Assembly (NCBI GenBank): GCA_964523535.1
Contig: CAZFYP010000002.1
Location: 1 to 41,481, forward strand
Direction: 5' to 3'
Length of the DNA: 41,481 nucleotides
Source of the DNA: an uncultured Clostridia bacterium
GTDB taxonomy: Bacteria; Bacillota; Clostridia; Tissierellales; Dethiosulfatibacteraceae
Shown: one piece after another, positions 28,010-36,027 of the stretch
Layout of the letters: every line of letters starts with the position of its first letter
How positions within the stretch are numbered: position 1 is the stretch's first letter
Notes under the pieces: generated by a model
The model's input: the letters and a program-made list of their open reading frames with translations, nothing else
The model's database searches: none
Told to the model about the DNA's origin: nothing
Position numbers and translations under genes: made by a program

Positions 28010-29041
28010 ATGGATCGCGAATATATTGAGATATCCGAAAAAAGAAAGAAGGAACATATTGAGAATTTTTTAAAGGGAAAAAGCAGGAATTCAACCTTGT
28101 TTGAGGATCTTGTTCTTGTCAATAACTCATTTCCTGAACTGGACTTTTCAGAGATAGATACGGGAATAAGCTTTTTGGGAAAGAAGATAGACTACCCGGT
28201 AATGATAAATGCTGCAACAGGCGGCTTTGATGGAGCCGTGGCAATAAACAGGGGACTAGCCAGGCTGGCAGACAGATTCAACATTCCAATAGCTGTAGGG
28301 TCCCAGTCCCTGGGACTCAAAAGCGGCAACCATGAGTCCTACACTGTTGTAAGAGAGATTATGAAGGACAAGGTTGTCTTGGCCAATCTTTCTGCCCACT
28401 CCAGCCTGGAGGATATATCGAGGGCTGTAGACATGATACAGGCAGATGGAGTCCAACTCCACCTCAATGCTCCCCAGGAAATGTGCATGGAGGAAGGTGA
28501 CAGGCACTTCAGGGGAGTTCTTGACAACATTCAATATGTATCCAAACGCATTGAAGTACCTGTAATAGTAAAGCAAGTAGGTTTTGGCATGTCAAAATCT
28601 TCAGTCGGCAAGCTTGTGGACATGGGTGTAAAGTATGTTGACATAGGTGGAAAAGGGGGGACTAATTTCATTGAAATTGAAGATCTTAGGAACAGTAACA
28701 ATGACTATAGAGAGCTTTATGACTGGGGAATACCTACTGCAGCAAGTCTATTGCAGTGCAGGGAACTAAGCAGCCATATAAGAATAATAGCAAGCGGTGG
28801 TATAGTTTCAGCTTCAGACATTGTAAAGTCCCTTGTGTTGAAAAGTGAGATGACTGCAGTCTGCGGTCTTGTATTCAGTCTTTATATGAAGAGAGGATAC
28901 TCCGCTGCCGAGAAGATGATGGAAGATATATTTGGCAAGATGAAGGTCATGATGCTCCTTCTTGGTTGTAGAACTATTGAAGATTTGAGGAATATAGAGC
29001 CCCTTATAAAGGGTGAATTGAAAGAATGGATGAGGGATTGA
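28010..29041 (+). CDS. fni: Type 2 isopentenyl-diphosphate delta-isomerase (FMN-dependent), somewhat divergent
   Basis: RKKEHI, TGG, AVGSQ, HLNAPQE..EGDRHF, GGTNF, WGIPT, ASGG. Confidence 0.88.
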   Translation: MDREYIEISEKRKKEHIENFLKGKSRNSTLFEDLVLVNNSFPELDFSEIDTGISFLGKKIDYPVMINAATGGFDGAVAINRGLARLADRFNIPIAVGSQSLGLKSGNHESYTVVREIMKDKVVLANLSAHSSLEDISRAVDMIQADGVQLHLNAPQEMCMEEGDRHFRGVLDNIQYVSKRIEVPVIVKQVGFGMSKSSVGKLVDMGVKYVDIGGKGGTNFIEIEDLRNSNNDYRELYDWGIPTAASLLQCRELSSHIRIIASGGIVSASDIVKSLVLKSEMTAVCGLVFSLYMKRGYSAAEKMMEDIFGKMKVMMLLLGCRTIEDLRNIEPLIKGELKEWMRD

Positions 29042-29048
29042 GTAAAAT

Positions 29049-29756
29049 ATGAAAGAAACAGAATTGTATCAGCCTGTGAAGGACCTTTTTGAAGATATGG
29101 GCTACCAGGTTTTCGGTGAAGTAAAGGATATAGATGTAGTTGCGGTTAAGGATGATGAGAAGGTCATTATAGAACTTAAGACCTCCTTCAGCATGAAGCT
29201 TGTTCTTCAGGCGGTAAAGAGGCAGAAGATATATGATGATGTATACGTGGCAGTACCCATGCCTGTGTTCAAGAAGCGATTTTCCAAGGACTTCGAGGAT
29301 AAGGAATACCTTTTGAGAAGATTGGAGCTTGGGCTTATCTACGTTTCCCTGGAGACTGATAATCCATATGCACAGGTAGTATTGGATCCGAAAGCTTTTG
29401 ACCTTTCAATGAGCAGGTCAAGGAACAAAAGAAAAAGGGATTTGGTGGACAGGGAATTATCCGGCAGGAATGGTGATAATAATGTAGGCGGTACCAGGGG
29501 AAAGCTTGTTACTGCATACAGGGAGAAGGCCCTGGTCATAGCATCATACCTAAGGGATGCGGAGTCAATGACCACTAAAGAACTCAAGGAGGTTTGCTGC
29601 AATCCTAAAACTACTCAAATTCTTTATAAGAATTATTATGGATGGTTTGAAAGAGAAGGGACTGGAGTATACAAGCTTAGTGACAAGGGAAGGTCGGAGT
29701 TGGAAAACTACAATCATATAATAGGAAAATTAAGAGCGACAGGTGATACTGTATAA
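29049..29756 (+). CDS. DUF2161-like putative PD-(D/E)XK fold protein
   Basis: KETELYQPVK, GEVKDIDVV, IIELK, QAVKRQ, TAYREKAL, NYYGWFER..GVY. Confidence 0.8.
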   Translation: MKETELYQPVKDLFEDMGYQVFGEVKDIDVVAVKDDEKVIIELKTSFSMKLVLQAVKRQKIYDDVYVAVPMPVFKKRFSKDFEDKEYLLRRLELGLIYVSLETDNPYAQVVLDPKAFDLSMSRSRNKRKRDLVDRELSGRNGDNNVGGTRGKLVTAYREKALVIASYLRDAESMTTKELKEVCCNPKTTQILYKNYYGWFEREGTGVYKLSDKGRSELENYNHIIGKLRATGDTV

Positions 29757-29784
29757 AATATATGCTATAATATTCCTAAGCTAT

Positions 29785-29860
29785 GGAAAATTAACTCAGC
29801 TGGTAGAGTACTTCCTTGACGTGGAAGAAGCCATGGGTTCGAGTCCCCTATTTTCCACCA
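29785..29860 (+). tRNA. tRNA-Val(GAC)
   Basis: 76 nt cloverleaf: acceptor GGAAAAT/ATTTTCC, D stem ACTC/GAGT, anticodon stem CTTCC/GGAAG with loop TT-GAC-GT, TTCGAGT T-loop, encoded CCA; extended -10 TGCTATAAT at 29763-29771. Confidence 0.96.
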
Positions 29861-29864
29861 GTTT

Positions 29865-29894
29865 AGCCGCATCATTTATATGATGCGGCTTTAT
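29865..29894 (+). terminator. Terminator after tRNA-Val
   Basis: AGCCGCATCAT...ATGATGCGGCT followed by TT. Confidence 0.75.
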
Positions 29895-29900
29895 AATGCC

Positions 29901-29948
29901 AAAACACCCCTTTGGTTTACAGCGTATTGCCTACTGAAGGGGTGTTTT
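29901..29948 (-). terminator. Second hairpin, probable terminator of the minus-strand sORF
   Basis: AAAACACCCCTT...AAGGGGTGTTTT, 18 nt after the sORF stop. Confidence 0.65.
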
Positions 29949-29966
29949 GAGTTAGTGCTATTCTGT

Positions 29967-30086
29967 TTATGCAAAATCATTACTAAGTGGGTTTTGTACC
30001 TTTGTAAATGGTTCGTAACCTGCACTGTTGGATATAAATAGTGTCAAAAATACTCCTGCGACAACAGCGTTTAACAGTCTTATCAT
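29967..30086 (-). CDS. Unannotated 39-aa small protein MIRLLNAVVAGVFLTLFISNSAGYEPFTKVQNPLSNDFA (signal-peptide-like N-terminus)
   Basis: Below ORF-track cutoff; AGGAG 6 nt before ATG; upstream sigmaA promoter and downstream hairpin. Confidence 0.7.
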   Translation of the reverse strand: MIRLLNAVVAGVFLTLFISNSAGYEPFTKVQNPLSNDFA

Positions 30087-30213
30087 TTTAATCTCCTAAA
30101 ATTTTCGTAGCACAAGAAAGTGAATAATATATAATTTCTTGAAGCATTGGAATTTGGTTAATTGATAACTAATATCTTTTGATAAATGCTATCGAACTAT
30201 TTGTTGCACGCTT

Positions 30214-30241
30214 ATTATAGCACGGTTGAATATATTGTCAA
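30214..30241 (-). promoter_or_regulatory. Consensus sigmaA promoter pointing at the 39-aa sORF
   Basis: Minus strand TTGACA-N16-TATAAT with extended -10 TG (TGCTATAAT). Confidence 0.7.
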
Positions 30242-30411
30242 TATATTTTTGAAATAAAAACCATGTTTTTTTAGAATTATTTTGGAAATCGTATTCTCGC
30301 TAAAAATGAATATGAGATCGAAAGAAATTATAAATATGCAAAATATCGTAGAATATACAAGTGATACAAGAATGTATAAAATAACATACTTAATTAAATG
30401 AATACAAATTC

Positions 30412-30429
30412 TCGTTAAAACATTGACAA
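30412..30429. promoter_or_regulatory. Candidate Rex operator upstream of adh
   Basis: TCGTTAA-AACA-TTGACAA, 12/14 to TTGTTAA-N4-TTAACAA. Confidence 0.5.
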
Positions 30430-30595
30430 ACTAGTGTTTTTATTGAAGAAAAATTAACGAAGTTTATTAACAAGAGCAAATGTGAATATGTTTTTGAAGC
30501 CAATGAAAATAATAAATATACAAATAAAAAATTGCCTTCTCGATAATTTGGTGATATAATTTATGCGAAGATAAAATTTTTAAGGAGGATACAAA

Positions 30596-31747
30596 ATGGC
30601 AGTGAATGGATATTTTATACCTACAGTAAACTTGATTGGTGCAGGAAGTGTAAATGAACTTGGTAACAAGGTGGCAGAACTCGGTGGTAAAAGGGTGCTT
30701 CTTGTTACGGATGCTATGTTGGTGAAACTGGGAATGGCTGCACAAGTCGAAGTGATTCTCAAGGATGCAGGGCTGGAAGTTGTTCTATTTGGTGGTGCTG
30801 AACCAAATCCTACTGATAAAAACGTCGAAGCTGGTTTTAAAGTGTGGACCGATGAAAAATGTGACTCTATTGTATCTCTTGGTGGCGGGTCCTCTCATGA
30901 CTGTGCAAAAGGGATAGGCTTGGTTGCTTCAAATGGTGGTAAGATTCAGGATTTTGAAGGTGTTGATCAATCCAAGAATCCAATGGTACCTCTTGTTTCT
31001 GTTAATACAACTGCGGGAACCGCATCGGAAATGACAAGATTCTGTATCATAACTGATTCTGCTCGTAAGGTCAAAATGGCTATAGTAGATTGGAGAGTAA
31101 CGCCGTCATTGTCGATTAATGACCCTGAGTTGATGGCGGGCATGCCTCCTGCATTGACGGCGGCAACGGGAATGGATGCGTTAACTCATTCCATTGAAGC
31201 TTATGTTTCAACTGCAGCAAATCCATTAACTGATTCGGCAGCTTTGATGTCTATTCAGTTGATAGCAGAATATCTTCCTATGGCAGTAGCAAATGGAACA
31301 AACATGGTTGCGAGAGACAAGATGGCTTATGCACAATTCCTGGGTGGAATGGCATTCAATAATGCATCTCTAGGTTATGTTCATGCTATGGCACATCAGC
31401 TTGGTGGATTCTACAATCTGCCTCATGGAGTATGTAATGCAATTCTGCTTCCTGTTGTGTGCGAATTCAATCTAATTGGAAATACTGAAAGATTTAAGGA
31501 TATTGCAGTAGCTATGGGAGTGAGTGTAAAAGGATTGTCTACGCTTGATGCTGCAAAAGCTGGGATTGCTGCGATTAAGGAACTGTCCAAGTCGGTGGGT
31601 ATACCTACGGGATTGACTGAACTTGGTGTCAAGGAAGAAGATTTCCAAGTGATGGCTACAAATGCAAAACTGGATGCATGTCAGTTGACCAATCCAAGAC
31701 TTGCTACTTTGGAGCAGGTTATAGAGCTGTTCAGACTGGCTTTATAA
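30596..31747 (+). CDS. Iron-containing (type III) alcohol dehydrogenase, YiaY/AdhII/Mdh-like
   Basis: [45 protein letters not shown]. Confidence 0.95.
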   Translation: MAVNGYFIPTVNLIGAGSVNELGNKVAELGGKRVLLVTDAMLVKLGMAAQVEVILKDAGLEVVLFGGAEPNPTDKNVEAGFKVWTDEKCDSIVSLGGGSSHDCAKGIGLVASNGGKIQDFEGVDQSKNPMVPLVSVNTTAGTASEMTRFCIITDSARKVKMAIVDWRVTPSLSINDPELMAGMPPALTAATGMDALTHSIEAYVSTAANPLTDSAALMSIQLIAEYLPMAVANGTNMVARDKMAYAQFLGGMAFNNASLGYVHAMAHQLGGFYNLPHGVCNAILLPVVCEFNLIGNTERFKDIAVAMGVSVKGLSTLDAAKAGIAAIKELSKSVGIPTGLTELGVKEEDFQVMATNAKLDACQLTNPRLATLEQVIELFRLAL

Positions 31748-31766
31748 TACTAATTTAATTGATACG

Positions 31767-31810
31767 AGTGCTGCTGGTTATTTTATTTACAGAATCGGCA
31801 GCACTTTTTT
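31767..31810 (+). terminator. Terminator after adh
   Basis: AGTGCTGCTGGTT...AATCGGCAGCACT followed by T-tract. Confidence 0.75.
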
Positions 31811-31853
31811 ATTTTTTGTAGCAGATTTTTTTAAAAATATAAAATTTGAACTT

Positions 31854-32044
31854 TGTAACAAAATGGAGCAAATGAGTTGAGAGTGCATGATTCTTTGTTA
31901 TATATGTAACAAAGTGTGGCATAATACAACAAATAACTTATGGCAATTTGGACCACTAATAAAAAAACATCTAAATGTAACGAAACGATACAGTGTATCG
32001 AAATATAACATTTGATTTACTTGAAAACGTATCGAAATGGGACA
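31854..32044 (+). repeat. Five copies of a 17-bp TGT-N11-RCA motif, probable sigma54 activator binding sites
   Basis: TGTAACAAAATGGAGCA 31854, TGTAACAAAGTGTGGCA 31905, TGTAACGAAACGATACA 31976, TGTATCGAAATATAACA 31994, CGTATCGAAATGGGACA 32028. Confidence 0.7.
31895..31912. promoter_or_regulatory. Candidate Rex operator upstream of aor
   Basis: TTGTTAT-ATAT-GTAACAA, 12/14 to TTGTTAA-N4-TTAACAA; overlaps the motif copy at 31905. Confidence 0.55.
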
Positions 32045-32105
32045 CTAAACTCTAACTATGTATTAGGCAATATGGATAACCGCTATTTTAGGGGCTTGTA
32101 GATAT

Positions 32106-32121
32106 TGGCATGATTATTGCA
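32106..32121 (+). promoter_or_regulatory. sigma54 (-24/-12) promoter of aor
   Basis: TGGCATGATTATTGCA, 53 nt before ATG. Confidence 0.85.
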
Positions 32122-32174
32122 ATAATAAATTGTTAGTATAATAAAATTATATATTAATTCAATTAGGAGGATTT

Positions 32175-33914
32175 ATGAACAAATTTATACGTATTGATAT
32201 GACAAATCTTAAAGCTACTGTTGGGGAAGTACCTGAAAAGTATATAGGTCTTGGCGGACGTGCCTTGACTTCAAATTTTGTTAACGATGAGGTTAAAGCA
32301 ACTTGTCATCCTCTAGGTAAAAACAACAAGCTTATATTCGCTCCTGGACTTCTGAGTGGAACTGCGGCTCCAAACTCTGGTCGTATTTCTGTAGGGGGTA
32401 AGAGCCCCTTGACTGGTGGTATCAAGGAATGTAATTCCGGAGGATCAATGTCTCAGATAGTAGCCAAAATGGGTATCAAGGCATTTACAATTGAAGGTAT
32501 GCCAGAGGGAGATAAATTCTATATTATAAAAATTGACATGGATGGTGTTCTTATTGAAGAGGCTCCTGAGGAAATAATTGGCGGATGCGGAAACTATGAA
32601 GCAATGGAGATACTCAGTGACAAATACGGCAAGAAGGTGGCTATAGCCATAGCAGGACCTGCTGGAGAATATAGACTGGCTGCTGCAAACATTTCATTGA
32701 GAGACCCTGAAGGTAATATCCGTAGTGCTGGCCGTGGTGGTCTTGGTGCTGTTCTTGGATCAAAGAAAGTCAAGGCAGTTGTAATAGATGGAACAGGTGC
32801 CGGTAAATTACCTATTGCTGATCCTGAAAAGTTCAAGGCAGCTTCAAAGGTATTTGCTAAGGCTTTACTGGATCATCCTGTATCAGGCCAGGGACTTGCT
32901 GCATATGGTACAGATGTACTTGTTAACATACTTAACGAAGCAGGCGGATTGCCGGCACACAACTTTACGGCAGGTCGTATAGACTACAACGATAATATAT
33001 CCGGTGAAACTATGAATGCTAACATCACTGAACGTGGTGGAGAAGGTAAAGTATCTCATGGATGTCATCCTGGATGTGTAATGAGATGTTCACAGTGGTA
33101 TACAGACAAGAGCGGAAAGTATATAACTAGTGGTTTCGAATATGAAACTATTTGGGGACTTGGAGCAGATGCAGGTATAGAGGACCTTGATGCCATAGCA
33201 TATATAGACAGGGCTATGGATGATGTAGGAATAGACAGTATAGAAACTGCCGTTGCAGTAGCTACTGCCATGGATGGTGGAATGATTCCATGGGGAGACG
33301 GGAAAGCCGTACTTGAAATTGTCAAGGATATGGCCAAGCCGACTCCTTTGGCGAGGATCATTGCCAGTGGTGCAGGTGTTGTAGGAACAGCCTGCGGTAT
33401 GTACAGGGTGCCTGTAGTTAAGAATCAGGCAATACCTGCATATGATCCACGTTCAGTAAAGGGTATCGGACTTACATATGCTACAACTCCAATGGGAGCT
33501 GACCATACTGCAGGATACTGTATATCAGGTAATATTTTGAAAGTAGGAGCTGATATAGATCCTCTTAAGAAAGATGGACAGATAGAATATTCGAGGGCAA
33601 TGCAGATAGGTACTGCTGCAATCGACAGTACAGGAATGTGCTTATTCGTATACTTCGGCATAGCAGACAATCCTGGTGGATATCAGGCTCTTATAGATAT
33701 GATTAATGCCCAGTACGGTTTGGAACTTACATCTGAAGATGTTGACAAGTTAGGAGAATCAGTTCTCAAGGTTGAACTTGATTTTAACAAGCGTGCAGGA
33801 TTTAGTAAGGAAGATGATAGACTCCCAGAATTCATGGAATATGAAGTTCTGCCTCCACACAATGTAGTATGGGACTTTTCGCCTGAAGAGATTGACGAAG
33901 TAATGAAGTTCTAG
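32175..33914 (+). CDS. aor: Aldehyde:ferredoxin oxidoreductase (tungstopterin family)
   Basis: KSPLTGGIKE, AGRGGLGAVLGSKKVKAV, CHPGCVMRC, EYETIW, DDVGID, YDPR, MGADHT, DSTGMCLF. Confidence 0.95.
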   Translation: MNKFIRIDMTNLKATVGEVPEKYIGLGGRALTSNFVNDEVKATCHPLGKNNKLIFAPGLLSGTAAPNSGRISVGGKSPLTGGIKECNSGGSMSQIVAKMGIKAFTIEGMPEGDKFYIIKIDMDGVLIEEAPEEIIGGCGNYEAMEILSDKYGKKVAIAIAGPAGEYRLAAANISLRDPEGNIRSAGRGGLGAVLGSKKVKAVVIDGTGAGKLPIADPEKFKAASKVFAKALLDHPVSGQGLAAYGTDVLVNILNEAGGLPAHNFTAGRIDYNDNISGETMNANITERGGEGKVSHGCHPGCVMRCSQWYTDKSGKYITSGFEYETIWGLGADAGIEDLDAIAYIDRAMDDVGIDSIETAVAVATAMDGGMIPWGDGKAVLEIVKDMAKPTPLARIIASGAGVVGTACGMYRVPVVKNQAIPAYDPRSVKGIGLTYATTPMGADHTAGYCISGNILKVGADIDPLKKDGQIEYSRAMQIGTAAIDSTGMCLFVYFGIADNPGGYQALIDMINAQYGLELTSEDVDKLGESVLKVELDFNKRAGFSKEDDRLPEFMEYEVLPPHNVVWDFSPEEIDEVMKF

Positions 33915-34146
33915 CTTAAGAAAGTTAAAGCTTGTATATTACTCTGAACCATAGTAATATACATTTAAGGTAAACTTTCTACGCACTTAAATATCGACTT
34001 CGTCCATAATGCAGCGGAGCTGCTTTCTTGGAATATAATATAAACAGGAAGATTTAATTGAGCTGGATTGATATCCGGCTCGATTTATCTGTTTTAGTGG
34101 ATGAAGTAGCATAGCTGTTTTGTCTGGCTTAGGAAAGGGAAAAATT

Positions 34147-34479
34147 ATGAGTGATAATTCAAATAAAATTGAAATCAGGGGATTTATGAAGCTTGATTCA
34201 TATCTTAAAAAGAAATATGGTTCAATGCCTGTATTTCTTGACGTTGATGGTCCTGTTACAGGACTTGAACTTGCAGACAGGATGGGAATCAATCCGGTAG
34301 ATGTGGAAGTAATCTTTGTAAATGGTTTTGTGCAGAGTATTGACTATATCATCAATCCGGGAGACCGAATGGCATTTCTTCCTCCGGGATGTCCTGGCCC
34401 CTATAGGATTGCCTTGGGATTTTACGGTAAGAATCAAGACAACGAGGCCAATTTCAAGATAATTAAAGAAGAAAAGTAA
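34147..34479 (+). CDS. MoaD/ThiS-like beta-grasp protein lacking terminal GG, with PPGCPGPYR extension
   Basis: VEVIFVNG..INPGDRMAFLPPG matches MoaD/ThiS core; ATG 34147 follows GGAAAGGGA. Confidence 0.75.
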   Translation: MSDNSNKIEIRGFMKLDSYLKKKYGSMPVFLDVDGPVTGLELADRMGINPVDVEVIFVNGFVQSIDYIINPGDRMAFLPPGCPGPYRIALGFYGKNQDNEANFKIIKEEK

Positions 34480-34498
34480 TAATTAGGGAGTGAAGTCT

Positions 34499-34723
34499 AT
34501 GAAAGTAACAGTCAAGCTTTTTGCCACCTTAAGGTTAGGGAGGGAGAAGGAAGCAATTCATGATATTGAAGAAGGAACTAGACCCAAGGATATCATTGAA
34601 GGATTGAATATTCCCCTCAAGGATGTTACCATCATCATGGTTAACGGCAGAAGGGTTAATGCAGAAACAGAATTGAAAGATAGTGATGTGCTGGCACTTT
34701 TTCCACCTGTAGGTGGTGGTTAA
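34499..34723 (+). CDS. MoaD/ThiS family sulfur carrier
   Basis: VKLFATLR, IMVNG, LALFPPVGGG C-terminus; ATG 34499 follows GGGAG. Confidence 0.92.
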   Translation: MKVTVKLFATLRLGREKEAIHDIEEGTRPKDIIEGLNIPLKDVTIIMVNGRRVNAETELKDSDVLALFPPVGGG

Positions 34724-34838
34724 TCCGTCAATGAAGTTTTATGAAACAACAAGGACATGAAGAGTCTGAAATCCATGAAGGAATTAAGATTTTTTTCTTC
34801 TATATAAAGAAAAGCCTGGATAATTATTTGATATTTTA

Positions 34839-34853
34839 ATATAATGATTATAT
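34839..34853. promoter_or_regulatory. Fur/Zur-family-like 7-1-7 palindrome upstream of zupT
   Basis: ATATAAT-G-ATTATAT overlapping a TATAAT -10. Confidence 0.45.
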
Positions 34854-34894
34854 ATTCATAGCAAACATATTATTTTGACTAAAAGGAGGTATCC

Positions 34895-35701
34895 ATGGAT
34901 TTTTCTACTGGTGATTTACTTTATGCCTTTGGATTGACTGTTTTTGCCGGTCTTTCAACAGGAATTGGAAGTGCAATGGCATTCTTCGCAAAGAAGACAA
35001 ATGAGAAATTTCTTTCTCTTGCCTTGGGATTTTCAGCAGGGGTAATGATTTATGTTTCCTTGATTGAAATCTTCGTCAAGGCTAACGATTCCCTGGGAAG
35101 TGTTTATGGCGAAGACAGAGGATATTTATATACTACACTGGCATTCTTTGCAGGAATATTCCTAATAGCACTCATAGATAAACTTGTACCCGAAGCTGAA
35201 AATCCTCATGAGATCAGAGGGACTGATGAAATGGATTATGAAACGAAAAACAAGTCTCTCATGAGAATGGGTTTGTTTTCAGCCCTGGCAATTGGAATAC
35301 ACAATTTTCCAGAAGGTCTTGCCACCTTTGTCGGTGCTCTTCAGGATCCATCCCTCGGATTGAGTATTGCAATAGCCATAGCAATCCACAATATTCCAGA
35401 GGGAATTGCAGTATCTGTGCCAATATACTATGCTACAGGTAGCAAGAAGAAGGCTTTTGTCTATTCTTTCCTTTCAGGTTTGTCAGAACCTGTAGGAGCC
35501 ATTGCTGGTTTTTTTCTCTTGAGGGCTGTTTTCAACGATTCAATGTTTGGCGTCATCTTTGCCATGGTGGCAGGGATAATGGTATACATATCTCTTGATG
35601 AGCTTTTGCCTACGGCAGAGAAGTACGGCGAACACCACATTGCAATATATGGGTTGATAAGCGGTATGATTGTAATGGCTGTGAGTCTGGTTTTGTTTTA
35701 G
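34895..35701 (+). CDS. zupT: ZIP family zinc transporter ZupT
   Basis: [41 protein letters not shown]. Confidence 0.95.
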   Translation: MDFSTGDLLYAFGLTVFAGLSTGIGSAMAFFAKKTNEKFLSLALGFSAGVMIYVSLIEIFVKANDSLGSVYGEDRGYLYTTLAFFAGIFLIALIDKLVPEAENPHEIRGTDEMDYETKNKSLMRMGLFSALAIGIHNFPEGLATFVGALQDPSLGLSIAIAIAIHNIPEGIAVSVPIYYATGSKKKAFVYSFLSGLSEPVGAIAGFFLLRAVFNDSMFGVIFAMVAGIMVYISLDELLPTAEKYGEHHIAIYGLISGMIVMAVSLVLF

Positions 35702-35782
35702 TCAGTAATTATTAAGGAAATTAAAATGAACATATGCTATAATTAAAGATGGCAGATGTTCATTATATGTAAAAAAATCATT

Positions 35783-35813
35783 AGGTATCTGCCTGGCAGA
35801 TACCTTTTTTTTT
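35783..35813 (+). terminator. Intrinsic terminator downstream of zupT
   Basis: AGGTATCTGC-CTG-GCAGATACCT followed by 8 more T. Confidence 0.85.
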
Positions 35814-36009
35814 ATAGTCTAGGAAAGTTTAGAATGCATAATCCAGATGTATTCGTTATTATCTGTTTTTTGACACAAAATGCATATCTGAAATTATTTG
35901 GAATCCAACACTTTGTGTCAAAGTTTTAAATTATTGAAATAACGAACACGTCACACATGCTTGAAGTGTTGGTATTATGCGTTTAAGGATACTTTCTACG
36001 ACCTCTTAA

Positions 36010-36027
36010 TATTCGCATATGCGAATA
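36010..36027. promoter_or_regulatory. Perfect 18-bp palindrome, candidate operator
   Basis: TATTCGCATATGCGAATA, about 80 nt upstream of the kinase gene. Confidence 0.5.

Noticed and set aside
29833-29849. T-stem U-C mismatch suggesting a tRNA pseudogene
   Set aside because: All other stems, invariant bases, CCA, promoter and terminator are intact; single mismatches are tolerated
31854-32044. CRISPR-like or iteron array
   Set aside because: Repeats are 17 bp, degenerate and irregularly spaced, there are no cas or rep genes, and they sit at enhancer distance from a sigma54 promoter
33987-34292. 101-aa minus-strand ORF between aor and moaD
   Set aside because: Overlaps the MoaD-like gene antisense, no RBS or motif
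29861-34800. Genomic island integrated at tRNA-Val carrying adh-aor
   Set aside because: No integrase or remnant seen and no downstream repeat of the tRNA 3' end found; AT-rich spacers are explained by promoters
35745-35785. preQ1 or fluoride riboswitch
   Set aside because: An A-tract and GTTC are present but the required P1 stem and conserved nucleotides are not
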